Positions 15,279 through 23,997 of a stretch of DNA of 32,000 nucleotides are shown piece after piece; position 1 is the first letter of the stretch; each line of letters begins with the position of its first letter. The position numbers and the translations under genes were made by a program. The DNA comes from Dehalococcoidia bacterium (GTDB lineage Bacteria; Chloroflexota; Dehalococcoidia; Lucifugimonadales; CBDBON01). The stretch is taken from positions 242,422-274,421 of the forward strand of contig CBDBON010000003.1 of the NCBI GenBank assembly GCA_965208395.1. The letters are read 5' to 3'. A model generated the notes under the pieces. The model saw only the letters and a list, made by a program, of their open reading frames with translations. It did no database searches and had not been told where the DNA came from.

Positions 15279-17045
15279 ATGGTGAATGTGCTGGCGACGC
15301 TGGCGGCCCTTGCCGCCATCGGGCTGCTGTTCGCTCTGGATCCCGGCGGGGCCATCGCCGAGAGCGGTTTCCCCGACTTCATGGGCATGGACTGGAAGCA
15401 GCTGACCGCCTGGGGCTTCCGGCTGGCGGGAGTCGGCGTCGCGCTGCTGCTCGTGGTTGCGCTGTGGATCAGGTACCGTGCGCCCTCGCAGGGGATCGAG
15501 GCGTTTCGCGACTCACGGTACACGGCGATGCCGCAGCCCGGTTCGATGCCCGCTGCAGCGGTGTCGGTGCTGGAGTACCGGGAGGTCACCTCCCGGACGC
15601 TGCTGGCGTCGGTCATCGAGATGTGTCAGCGCGGAGACATGCGGATCGAAGCCGCCAGAACGAGGAGCGGCTACGGATACCGGCTGTCGCAGCAGGGTCC
15701 CCCGAAGTTCGAGTGGGAGCGGTCGATATGCGACAGCCTGCCGACGCGCCCCGCAACGGTCCGGGGGCTGCGCGACCGGATGAACGCCCATAGCGACGAT
15801 ATAGGCGACCGGTTGGGGGAGTACCTGCAGGGCCGAGGCCTCTTCTATGACAACCCGGTACGGATCAGGAGCGAGCAGTTCAGCGACGGGATAGGGTTGG
15901 CGTCTCTGGCAGCAGTTCTGATGGGCGTTGGCAGCGGGCTTTGGGCGGCCCTGTGGCTGGACCAGTGGTGGGCGAACGCCCTCATCGGCGCGTTCATAGG
16001 CTTCACGTATTGGCTGATCGCGACGCCGATGAACACAGGCATGCTGCCGCCGTCCCGTTCGGGCGCACACACGATAGCCCAGTGGCTTGGTCTGAAAGAG
16101 TCCCTGGCAGGGTCCGACCCGGCGTACGGACGGGACGAGTCCGATCCCATGCTTGCCTATGCCGTCGCCCTTGATGCGGCCCAGCCGTGGCTCGACGCCG
16201 AGGCCTCGGCCCCACCATGGTTCGGCTCCGGCAAGGCAGCCTCTCTGCGGGGGCCAGACCTGGACGCGGCCTATAGAGGCTTCCTGCACGAATCGGCCTG
16301 GGGACTGGCAGGACGGTCCGAAGACGCGGCGGAAACTGACGACGAGATGGCAGAGCTGCTCGAACTGGAGTGGCTACGACACGAGGAGGCTCAGCGAACC
16401 GCACACCGGGAGACTGCCGCCGAACATGGCCATCAGCGATACAGGGTAGAGAGACCGGTCGAAGAGACGGTCGAGGAGGCTCAGCGGACCGCACACCGGG
16501 AGACTGCCGCCGAACATGGCTATCAGCGATACAGGGTAGAGAGACCGGTCGAGGAGACGGTCGAGGAGACGAAGGGCGGCGGATGCCTCAGCGGGTGCTT
16601 CGCACGGTTGTTAACCTGGGCAGTCATAGGGGTGGTGGTCATGGTCGTCCTGTTCAGCCTCGATGTGGTCTCGCCGCGTGCCAAGCCCTGTCCACTGGAC
16701 TCTCCCCCGATCCCGACGCCCGCGCAGATTGCGTCGGTCGGCGACCTGTTCCACAACGAGTGTGTGAGGGTCAGCGGGACGCTGACAGACAAGGACGTCG
16801 ACACGCTGCTGCTGGAGATCGATCGGGGGGACTATGCGCAGCAGGTGGTCGTACGCGTACCGACAGGACTCTTCGAAGCAGTCTCCCTGGGCAAGCAGGT
16901 GGCGTTGGGCGGATGGCTCAAGGTGGGGGATGACGGGACATACGAGGTTGAGTTCGTGCCGGCGAGCGAATCGGAGCGGGGGTGGTGGCAAAACCTGCGG
17001 GAGAACCTCGAAGGGCTGTTACAGGCCGCTGTGGATGCGATCTAG
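15279..17045 (+). CDS. DUF2207-like membrane protein fused to a repeat region, an extra TM helix and a C-terminal ~150-aa domain
   Basis: 588 aa. Residues ~85-330 resemble the DUF2207 C-terminal module: MPAAAVSVLEYREVTSRTLLASVIEMCQRGDMRIE, a TM cluster, AHTIAQWLGLKESL and MLAYAVALDAAQPW. This is followed by an acidic segment, 2 x 30-aa repeats, a TM helix (LLTWAVIGVVVMVVLFSL) and a unique C-terminal domain. GGAAGGAAGGGAAG purine tract lies upstream of the ATG. Confidence 0.65.
   Translation: MVNVLATLAALAAIGLLFALDPGGAIAESGFPDFMGMDWKQLTAWGFRLAGVGVALLLVVALWIRYRAPSQGIEAFRDSRYTAMPQPGSMPAAAVSVLEYREVTSRTLLASVIEMCQRGDMRIEAARTRSGYGYRLSQQGPPKFEWERSICDSLPTRPATVRGLRDRMNAHSDDIGDRLGEYLQGRGLFYDNPVRIRSEQFSDGIGLASLAAVLMGVGSGLWAALWLDQWWANALIGAFIGFTYWLIATPMNTGMLPPSRSGAHTIAQWLGLKESLAGSDPAYGRDESDPMLAYAVALDAAQPWLDAEASAPPWFGSGKAASLRGPDLDAAYRGFLHESAWGLAGRSEDAAETDDEMAELLELEWLRHEEAQRTAHRETAAEHGHQRYRVERPVEETVEEAQRTAHRETAAEHGYQRYRVERPVEETVEETKGGGCLSGCFARLLTWAVIGVVVMVVLFSLDVVSPRAKPCPLDSPPIPTPAQIASVGDLFHNECVRVSGTLTDKDVDTLLLEIDRGDYAQQVVVRVPTGLFEAVSLGKQVALGGWLKVGDDGTYEVEFVPASESERGWWQNLRENLEGLLQAAVDAI
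16383..16562 (+). repeat. In-frame tandem duplication, 2 x 90 bp (30 aa), 87/90 identical
   Basis: Copy 1 is 16383-16472 and copy 2 is 16473-16562. Both encode EEAQRTAHRETAAEHG(H/Y)QRYRVERPVEETV. The three differences are at 16397/16487 (a/g, silent), 16431/16521 (c/t, His to Tyr) and 16463/16553 (a/g, silent). A 6-nt partial third start (gaggag) follows. Confidence 0.95.
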
Positions 17046-17107
17046 TCCCATTTGGGCCCACCTGAAAGCGTGGAGATCGAATCGTTGCGAGACGCAGGAG
17101 TAGTCTG

Positions 17108-17572
17108 ATGGATAAAGAAGAGATCATTTCCCGCGTAAAGACCGAGCGCATTCGCTGGAGCGACATCGTGGCCCAGATGGACGACGATATGATGCTGAAA
17201 TCCGGAGTCGAGGGACACTGGTCCGTCAAGGATATCCTCGCCCACGTGGTCTGGTATGAGCGAGAGATAGTCGGAGTGCTCAAGGCACGCGCCTTGGTCG
17301 GCTCCGACCTGTGGGCGCTGCCGCTAGACGAGCGCAACGCCGCGGTCTATGAGGAGACCAAGAGCATGACACTGGAGGAAGTTCGCGCCGAGTCCGCGAG
17401 AGTGTTCCCCCAGCTCCTAGAACAGCTCGAAGCTCTCCCCGAAGACGCCTTCGGCGACGCCTCCTGCTTCCCGGGGATGCCCGCTGAATGGGAGCCGTGG
17501 CTCGTAATCGCCGGCAGTACCTTCAACCACTACCTCGACCACACCCAGTCCCTCACGCAGTTGGTAGAGTAG
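17108..17572 (+). CDS. ClbS/DfsB (DUF1706) or DinB-superfamily four-helix-bundle protein
   Basis: 154 aa with AGGAG 9 nt upstream of the ATG. The pattern HWSVKDILAHVVWYEREIV ... STFNHYLDHTQSL, and the overall length and helical layout, resemble the ClbS/DfsB and DinB_2 families. The subfamily cannot be resolved by eye. Confidence 0.55.
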   Translation: MDKEEIISRVKTERIRWSDIVAQMDDDMMLKSGVEGHWSVKDILAHVVWYEREIVGVLKARALVGSDLWALPLDERNAAVYEETKSMTLEEVRAESARVFPQLLEQLEALPEDAFGDASCFPGMPAEWEPWLVIAGSTFNHYLDHTQSLTQLVE

Positions 17573-17769
17573 CTGGGGCTTGGATGCGTCACCACCCCCT
17601 TGTCCTGGCGCCCCTAAACCTCAGATAGGGTCGTCAGCGACATTTCGAGACAAGCTGATGAACGGAAGTAGGCAGTTTGTAGACAGATGGTGGACTGAAG
17701 TTGACTGAGGGCAGAACTCTCTTCGAGTTACGGGTGGGCTTGTGAGACAGGCTCGACAGGAAACCGTGC

Positions 17770-19137
17770 CTAGTTCGTGCTAGACGCCAATGAGTCTGCG
17801 AGCTCGATGGCGGCGCTTTCGCCGCTGGAGAGGGCGCCGTTGACCGCCGGCACGCGTGTGTAGTCCCCTGCCAAGAACAGGTTGTCGATTTTCCCTGCGA
17901 GCTGTCCCTGAACGTTCGCCATAGCGGCGAGCATCCCTGGCGTCCCCATGCACAGCGCCTCTTCCCAGCGGTACACTCGGTAAAACAGACCATCGGCATC
18001 CCCGGGGAGGTCGGATCCCGGAGGCGCCTTCCTGCGTGCGGCCCCAAGCATCTGGCGTTTTATCTCATCGTCGTCGAGCGGGATGAGCTCCTTGGCACGT
18101 TCGCGCCCGATGAGCAAGTCGAGAATGCTCTTGCCCGGAGGCGCGCAAGCAGGCAGGAATACGGACCGGTCAAGAAGGAGTGGGGTGTCGTCGTCCTCCG
18201 GGTAGAGCGCACCGTGCCAGCCAGGAGGAAGCGGGGGATGGTCCAGGCCTATCACCACCCGGCAGCCGGTTGAGTAGCTGACGGTGCTGAGCGCACGGCG
18301 GGTCTCTTCCGGCAGATCGGGGATGAGGTCCGAGACCTTCGTGCCGGGGACGGCGCAGATTACCGCGTCAGCCTCTATAGTCTCGCCGTCCACGACAACG
18401 CCGGTCGCCGTCCCGCCTGCGACGACGATTCTGCTGACGGGGGTCGATACGCAAATCGCATCTGAGCAGGCAGCGGCAAGCGCTTCGCTCAGGGAACCGA
18501 TGCCCCGCTCGGGCATGTAGACCCTGCCGGAGTGCAACATAGTTTCGCCAATGTACGCCCGCATCAGCGCCTGGCCTGCGGGCATTGGATCGCCCAATAT
18601 CATGTCGAGGGGACCTCTGAGCGTCACCTGCAGGTCTTCGGGCACGCGGAGCCGCTCCAGATACTGGCCAAAGGACTCGTCGTCGTCGATCTCGGCGAGG
18701 GGGCTGTCTCCGGCGAAGCTCATGTATGGCGACTGGCGATGTATCTCCCGCATCACCTTGAAACCGGACCGCATGCCTGCGGGCGAGAGGAAGCCCATAG
18801 TGACGGCCGCACGAAAGTGCCGGATGAAATTCCAGAGCGATTGGTCCGGCGTCGTCGTAACCCACCGTCCCTTGCGGTAGTGGCCGAATTTCATTGTCGA
18901 AGGCACCAGCGGCAGCCCCAGCTCCTCGCACAGGCGGAAGGCGGTGTCGTATGTGGAGGTGAAGACGAATGCGCCCATGTCGAGGGAGAACCCGTCCACC
19001 TTCTCGCCCTTGCCGCGTCCTCCCGCACGTTCCTGTGCCTCGAGCAGGAGGGGGGTGATGCCCCGCTTCATCAGCGTGTAGGCGGCGCTAAGGCCGGCGA
19101 AGCCCCCTCCAACGATGACGACCCGCTGGGCGCTCAT
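17770..19137 (-). CDS. FAD-dependent oxidoreductase (amine oxidase / protoporphyrinogen oxidase / phytoene desaturase superfamily)
   Basis: ORF trimmed to ATG 19137 (MSAQRVVIVGGGFAGLSAAYTL...LLEAQERAGGR), with AAGGGAG upstream. It has the GxGxxG plus E-x5-GGR dinucleotide-binding signature. The C-terminal FLAGDYT...NGALSSGESAA motif is typical of this superfamily. Confidence 0.85.
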   Translation of the reverse strand: MSAQRVVIVGGGFAGLSAAYTLMKRGITPLLLEAQERAGGRGKGEKVDGFSLDMGAFVFTSTYDTAFRLCEELGLPLVPSTMKFGHYRKGRWVTTTPDQSLWNFIRHFRAAVTMGFLSPAGMRSGFKVMREIHRQSPYMSFAGDSPLAEIDDDESFGQYLERLRVPEDLQVTLRGPLDMILGDPMPAGQALMRAYIGETMLHSGRVYMPERGIGSLSEALAAACSDAICVSTPVSRIVVAGGTATGVVVDGETIEADAVICAVPGTKVSDLIPDLPEETRRALSTVSYSTGCRVVIGLDHPPLPPGWHGALYPEDDDTPLLLDRSVFLPACAPPGKSILDLLIGRERAKELIPLDDDEIKRQMLGAARRKAPPGSDLPGDADGLFYRVYRWEEALCMGTPGMLAAMANVQGQLAGKIDNLFLAGDYTRVPAVNGALSSGESAAIELADSLASSTN

Positions 19138-19371
19138 ATGCCCGGCTCCCTTCTCACCACCCTCCATCCATTGCGTGGGGGGTCTTGCGTGGGGACAAAC
19201 CTAAATCATGCTCGTCTACCAGTTCCGACACTTCCCCGTCACCGGTCAGGTACAGTCTAAGACGGCGCTGTTGGCCGGTCAACGATCCGGGGAACCCTCG
19301 ATTGACCGCAGATTCGATCCCACCTACAATCCGGTTGTCACTGCGGTCCGAGGCAGCAGAGGAGGCTCCGC

Positions 19372-20307
19372 GTGCGGTTCGGATTCGGTCTACCAACAAC
19401 CACCGACGGGGAGGCCCTGTGCGCATTCGCACAGGCTGCCGACAACCTGGGCGTAGAATCGATTTGGACAGGCGACCACATCGTGATGCCGTCGGACGGC
19501 ACGGACCAGTACCCGTACACGAAGGACGGCTCCTTCACCGCCCCCGCCGACACGCCGATCATGGAGACTATGACCGTCCTCAGCTACGTTGCCGCGCGCA
19601 CCCGCCGGGTCAGGATCGGCAGCACAGTCGTAATACTCGCACACCGCAATCCGCTCGTGCAGGCCAAGATGTTCGCCACGCTAGACGTCCTCACCGGGGG
19701 AAGGGTCACATGCGGAGTCGGAGTGGGGTGGCTGGAGAAGGAGTTCGAGGTCTTGGGCGTGCCGTACGCCGAACGCGGCGCGTTGAGCGACGAGTATCTG
19801 GAGATATTCAAGTGCCTATGGACGGAGGACTATCCCGAACATCACGGCCGCTTCTTCAGCTTCGACGGCATCAGGTTCTATCCAAAGCCCGTGCAAGAGC
19901 CTCACATCCCCATCTGGGTCGGAGGACACAGCCGCGCCGCGATCCGCAGGACGGCGAAGTACGGCGACGCCTGGCACCCGACGAGGCAGACTCCTGAGTA
20001 CGTGGCCGGACTACTGCCCTACCTGCGACGGCGCGCGGAGGAGTGCGGACGCGACCCCGGATCGATCGAGGTCTCGCTCAAGAGGAGTCTGCACTTCACC
20101 GATCTGGGCATGAGGGAGCCCGCCAAGGGGCTGACGGGCGGCGCCGTTGTCTCGGCCACCAGGGAGGTGATCGACGACGTCATCCACTGCGCCAGCGTCG
20201 GAATAGACCAGTTGACGTACGACTTCAGGACCGCCGACGTGGGGGACTGCATACGCAGCATGGAGCACTTCATGCGCGAGGTGGCGCCCGCTGCCGACGG
20301 GCGCTAG
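19372..20307 (+). CDS. Luciferase-like (LLM class) oxidoreductase, probably of the F420-dependent subgroup
   Basis: GTG start with GGAGG 6 nt upstream. MRFGFGLPT...AADNLGVESIWTGDHIVMP...RIGSTVVILAHRNPLVQAKMFATLDVLTGGRVTCGVGVGWLEKEF...IPIWVGGHS resembles TIGR03619-type LLM proteins. The cofactor assignment is inference. Confidence 0.8.
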   Translation: MRFGFGLPTTTDGEALCAFAQAADNLGVESIWTGDHIVMPSDGTDQYPYTKDGSFTAPADTPIMETMTVLSYVAARTRRVRIGSTVVILAHRNPLVQAKMFATLDVLTGGRVTCGVGVGWLEKEFEVLGVPYAERGALSDEYLEIFKCLWTEDYPEHHGRFFSFDGIRFYPKPVQEPHIPIWVGGHSRAAIRRTAKYGDAWHPTRQTPEYVAGLLPYLRRRAEECGRDPGSIEVSLKRSLHFTDLGMREPAKGLTGGAVVSATREVIDDVIHCASVGIDQLTYDFRTADVGDCIRSMEHFMREVAPAADGR

Positions 20308-20340
20308 CGGCTTTTTCAGGTTTCCCTGCCCGCCGCTAGC
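20303..20340. terminator. Candidate bidirectional hairpin between convergent genes
   Basis: GCTAGCGGC (20303-20311) pairs with GCCGCTAGC (20332-20340), giving a 9-bp stem and a 20-nt loop (tttttcaggtttccctgccc). Both convergent TAG stop codons (20305-20307 plus strand, 20336-20338 minus strand) sit inside the stem arms. The loop is long for an intrinsic terminator. Confidence 0.3.
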
Positions 20341-21442
20341 CGATCTCGTACCTGGCGACGAATTCCTGGTCGATGTCGATGCCTAGGCCGGGGCCTTCAG
20401 GCGGACTGATCAGCCCGTTCCTGGGGTTCGGATGGCTCACGAACATCTCGTACCACACGGGGTCGCGCACCGGGTCGGGAAACATCTCCGCGCAGTAGCT
20501 GTGCGGGACGGCGCACAGCAGGCTTATCGACACCTGGGGCTCCTCGTGGTGGACCATCCCTACGCCGAAATACTGCGCCGTGGCGGCAGTACGCTTCCAC
20601 TCAGTGATGCCGCCCGCGATGGTGGCGTCCACATTCAGCAGGTCGACCGCACCCGCCTTCATCAGCTCGAAGCATCCGTGGCCGCTCAGCTCGCTCTGGC
20701 CGGCGGTGACTGGGATCGAGGTGTTGCGCCGGACCTCGGCCATCCCGTCCCTCTCGTTGTGCCACCTGATCGGCTCCTCGAACCATGCGACGCCCTGGTC
20801 TTCGACGCCGTTCGCGAAGGCGATCGCCTGTCGCGGCGTCCACGCCCTGTTGGCGTCGCAGGCCAGAATGAACTCGTCGCCCACGGCCTCCCTGATCGCC
20901 TTCACGCGATCTATCTCGTACTCGACCGGCGCCGCGCCGACCTTGAGCTTCGTGCCCGCGAAACCGGCCGCGCCCTGCTCGGCGACCATTCCTGCGATCA
21001 CCTCCGGGGTCTCGTCGTCGGCGTAGTATGCGTACCCGATGATCGGTATCTCGCTCCTAGAGCCGCCCAGGAGCTTGTAGAGCGGCAGGTCGACGGTCTT
21101 GCCGATCACGTCCCAGAGCGCGAGGTCGACGGCTGCGATAGCCCGCATCGCCGCGTTCGCGTTGCCGAGCACGGGGGTCTTATCGAACATCGACTCCCAC
21201 AGCCGCTCGACGGCGAACGGGTCCTCCCCTATGAGCATGTCCCGGAACGGCCCGACGATGAGGTCCCTGATCTCCAGGTAGTCCTTTTTCTCGTCGCCGG
21301 AATAGATCTCTCCGGTGACTCCCTCGTCGGTCTCGACGGTAACGATGACCGTGCATCGCTCCTCGATCTGGTAGGTGCCGCCCTTGAACACCCGCGCCAG
21401 CGGAACGGAGACGAGGCGCACCTTCACGTCACGAATCTTCAT
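20336..21442 (-). CDS. Enolase-superfamily enzyme, mandelate racemase (MR) subgroup (racemase or acid-sugar dehydratase-like)
   Basis: 368 aa with GGAGGAAGC upstream of the ATG. It has the KxK motif (GTKLKVG). Metal ligands are in ACDAN, WFEEP and AGQSE, and a D/H pair in LLNVDAT and MVHHEE, as in MR-subgroup members. N-terminal capping domain is MKIRDVKV...DEGVTGEIY. Confidence 0.9.
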   Translation of the reverse strand: MKIRDVKVRLVSVPLARVFKGGTYQIEERCTVIVTVETDEGVTGEIYSGDEKKDYLEIRDLIVGPFRDMLIGEDPFAVERLWESMFDKTPVLGNANAAMRAIAAVDLALWDVIGKTVDLPLYKLLGGSRSEIPIIGYAYYADDETPEVIAGMVAEQGAAGFAGTKLKVGAAPVEYEIDRVKAIREAVGDEFILACDANRAWTPRQAIAFANGVEDQGVAWFEEPIRWHNERDGMAEVRRNTSIPVTAGQSELSGHGCFELMKAGAVDLLNVDATIAGGITEWKRTAATAQYFGVGMVHHEEPQVSISLLCAVPHSYCAEMFPDPVRDPVWYEMFVSHPNPRNGLISPPEGPGLGIDIDQEFVARYEIG

Positions 21443-21459
21443 GCTTCCTCCGTTTGCCC

Positions 21460-22704
21460 TCAGGCTGGGACCGCCTCCGCGACCGGCTGGTTGGTAGCCG
21501 GGTCGACCTCGAAGGAGCTGTAGAGCTCCAGCTCCTTGCCGATCTCCCGGACCGCCGGGATCACCTCCTCGCCGAAGAGTCTCAGGCTCCGCATCTGGTC
21601 TTCGTGGGTCATCGCCCCGTCTCCGTCCCAGAAGATGATGCTGCCAGGACGCAGCGTCTCGAGCACGTGCCGTATCTTGGGCAGGACTGTATCCGGCGTG
21701 CCTGTGATGATGCTGTAGTTCTCGACCTGCTTCTCGAAGCTCCGATTGGCGGGCTTTCCCCCTCGGGCGGCGGTGACTACGTTGGCGGTCGGCAGGACAC
21801 GCCTGCGGTTGGAGAGACCGGGAAGCTGTAACAGGGCGGGATTGGCCAGGCCCTCGTTGCCGGCGAGGAAGACGTTGCTTGGACCCTGCACGTACTTCCG
21901 GCCAACCTCGTCTGCCAACTCCTCCGTCTCGTCGACGTGCACCCTAAACAGGTAGCCTATGTTCTGAGTGCCCGACTCGTACCCGAACTCGGCGGCCGTG
22001 TCGTGGTATACCTGGTACGCTTGCCTGGTCGGCTCCAACTCCGTGCAGAGCATCACGTAGGGGATGCGGTTCTTCGCCGCCCAGCGGATTGAGTCCTTGC
22101 TGACCATGCCGGGAAGCCAGACCTGCGGATGAGGTTTCTGATAGGGCTTGGCCCACGGGTTGACGTACCTGTAGTGGTAGTGCTTGCCCTCCCACCGGAA
22201 AGGGCCGTCGTCCGTCCACGCCTTCATTATGAAGTCGTGCGCCTCCTGGAACCGCTCCCAGTTGAAGAAGGGGGGCGCGTTATGGGACACGCTCTCCCGT
22301 CCGCTGCCGCGAACCCAACCCGACACGAGCCGCCCGTGCGAGATCATGTCTATGATCGAGAGCTGCTCGACGAGCCAGAGGGGGTCGTCCCAGATCGGCA
22401 AGATGTTGCCCAGCAGCACGATCTTTGCCTTACTGGTGACGCGGGCGAGGATCGCCGCCTCTATGTTCATGGCGCCGCCCATGCAGAACGGCGTGCTGTG
22501 GTGCTCGTTGAGCATCAGGCCGTCGAACCCCATCTCTTCGGCGTATATCTTTTCGTCGATATACCTGTTGTAGAGTGCGGCGCCGACCTCGGAGTCGTAT
22601 ATGTCGTTGCTGACGGTGAGGTCCTTTATCGGTTTGCCGGTCATGCCGAAGTAGCCGGACTTGGGATCCTGGTACGGGCGCTCTGTGAAGTGTCCTATGA
22701 ACAT
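21460..22704 (-). CDS. Luciferase-like (LLM class) flavin-dependent monooxygenase, long (414 aa) form
   Basis: GAAAGGAG upstream of the ATG. EEMGFDGLMLNEHHSTPF..., KIVLLGNILPIWDDPLWLVEQLSIIDMISHGRLVSGWVRG and KPHPQVWLPG are typical LLM TIM-barrel segments. It lies 17 nt upstream of the enolase gene. Confidence 0.85.
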   Translation of the reverse strand: MFIGHFTERPYQDPKSGYFGMTGKPIKDLTVSNDIYDSEVGAALYNRYIDEKIYAEEMGFDGLMLNEHHSTPFCMGGAMNIEAAILARVTSKAKIVLLGNILPIWDDPLWLVEQLSIIDMISHGRLVSGWVRGSGRESVSHNAPPFFNWERFQEAHDFIMKAWTDDGPFRWEGKHYHYRYVNPWAKPYQKPHPQVWLPGMVSKDSIRWAAKNRIPYVMLCTELEPTRQAYQVYHDTAAEFGYESGTQNIGYLFRVHVDETEELADEVGRKYVQGPSNVFLAGNEGLANPALLQLPGLSNRRRVLPTANVVTAARGGKPANRSFEKQVENYSIITGTPDTVLPKIRHVLETLRPGSIIFWDGDGAMTHEDQMRSLRLFGEEVIPAVREIGKELELYSSFEVDPATNQPVAEAVPA

Positions 22705-22783
22705 CGCACGACTCCTTTCTCAACTACCGCAAACCCGTCTACTACCGTAGGCCGGTACTCACCGCCGGAGCCCTGCCGAGAGG

Positions 22784-23581
22784 TTACGACAGGAACTCGC
22801 GGACGAGGGAGACGAACCGGTCCGTCCGCTCCAACTCCGGGCGGTGTCCGCAGCCGTCGAACAGCTCGAGGCGCGACCCCGGGATCGAGTCGTTATAGAC
22901 CTGCGCCGCGCTCACCGGAACGATTCTGTCCTCCATACCCCATATCAGCAGCGTGGGCAGATCCTTGAGCCTTCGTAGCAGATGAGGAAGGCCGGGATAG
23001 AACATGTACGGCCTCCAGCTCAAACGGCAGGCCTGCTCCCTGTTGACCTCCCACTGCCCCGCCAGCTCTGGACTGGGCCGCTCGGGGCAGTAGTCGCCGA
23101 ACTCGGGAGTCCCCTCGGGATCCAGCACCGAGTCGATCATGAAGTCCCTGGCCGTCACCAGGAACATGTCGTATATCTCCCCCGCCGGTGGCCTGACGCC
23201 GGGGGGGCTCACCAGCACGAGCCTCCTAAACGCCTGCGGAGACATGGTGGCCATCTCGGCGGCCAGCCATCCTCCCAGCGAGAGACCGATGGTGTCGACC
23301 GGACCGATGCCCATGTCGTCCAGCGCCTGGAGGTACCATCCCGCCATATCCCTCATGTTGACGATCCAGTCTAGCCTTGGAGAGGAGCCGAATCCGGGAT
23401 GGGACGGCATGTAGAGCGTCCGGTCTTTGGCCAGCTCCCTATGGTATCGGAGCCAGCCGGGATGTCCCATCTCACCGTGGAGCAGCAGCAGAGGCTTGCC
23501 GGAGCCGCCTTTCAGGAGCTGGACGTCGGTCTCGGCGAGGTGGACTCTCTGCTCGGTCCAATCGGCTGTCGACGTTGTCAT
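22784..23581 (-). CDS. Alpha/beta-fold hydrolase (esterase / lactonase / C-C hydrolase type)
   Basis: 265 aa with GAGGAG 9 nt upstream. It has an HG oxyanion motif (LLLLHGEMG), a nucleophile elbow GLSLGGW, an acid in GMEDRIVP and His in GCGHRPELE. Confidence 0.85.
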   Translation of the reverse strand: MTTSTADWTEQRVHLAETDVQLLKGGSGKPLLLLHGEMGHPGWLRYHRELAKDRTLYMPSHPGFGSSPRLDWIVNMRDMAGWYLQALDDMGIGPVDTIGLSLGGWLAAEMATMSPQAFRRLVLVSPPGVRPPAGEIYDMFLVTARDFMIDSVLDPEGTPEFGDYCPERPSPELAGQWEVNREQACRLSWRPYMFYPGLPHLLRRLKDLPTLLIWGMEDRIVPVSAAQVYNDSIPGSRLELFDGCGHRPELERTDRFVSLVREFLS

Positions 23582-23607
23582 CGCCTGATCTCCTCAGCCT
23601 GCACCGG

Positions 23608-23985
23608 TCACGACGGGACGATCTCCAGCAGACAGCGCTCCGAACGCTCGGTCCACATCTGCGCGAGGTGGTCGACCGAGTCCCACGGCCCATCGGGGTA
23701 TCGTCCCGCGTGGATCGGGGCGATAGTCTGGATAAGCGCCTCCTCGGCTACTACCCTGGCCTCACCTTGCACGGCGGGCCCGGTCCGGTGGCCGAAGGCG
23801 AGCCTCACGGCAGGATTTCGGGCGATCTTGCGCACCTTCAGAGAGTCCGGATACGTCGAGATGTAGAACCGGCCCGCGTGGTGGTCGAACCAGACCGGCA
23901 CGGTGCCGGGCCTGCCACCGCTGTCGAAGGTCGTGATGTAGACTTCCCTCGACTCGTCAATCGCTCTGCTGAGCTCCGGGTCCAT
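23608..23985 (-). CDS. Pyridoxamine-5'-phosphate-oxidase-family (split beta-barrel FMN/F420-binding) small protein
   Basis: 125 aa. VYITTFDSGGRPGTVPVWFDHHAGRFYISTYPDSLKVRKIARNPAVRLAF matches the PPOX-like split-barrel pattern. It starts 12 nt after the aminotransferase stop. Confidence 0.7.
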   Translation of the reverse strand: MDPELSRAIDESREVYITTFDSGGRPGTVPVWFDHHAGRFYISTYPDSLKVRKIARNPAVRLAFGHRTGPAVQGEARVVAEEALIQTIAPIHAGRYPDGPWDSVDHLAQMWTERSERCLLEIVPS

Positions 23986-23997
23986 GGCGATCTGCCC

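Noticed and set aside
19208-19456. 82-aa plus-strand ORF beginning in the FAD-oxidoreductase/LLM intergenic region and overlapping the LLM start by 85 nt in another frame.
   Set aside because: It has no SD and overlaps a well-supported gene that has its own GGAGG plus GTG start. No recognisable motif. Considered as a possible leader or RiPP-like peptide, but there is nothing to support that.
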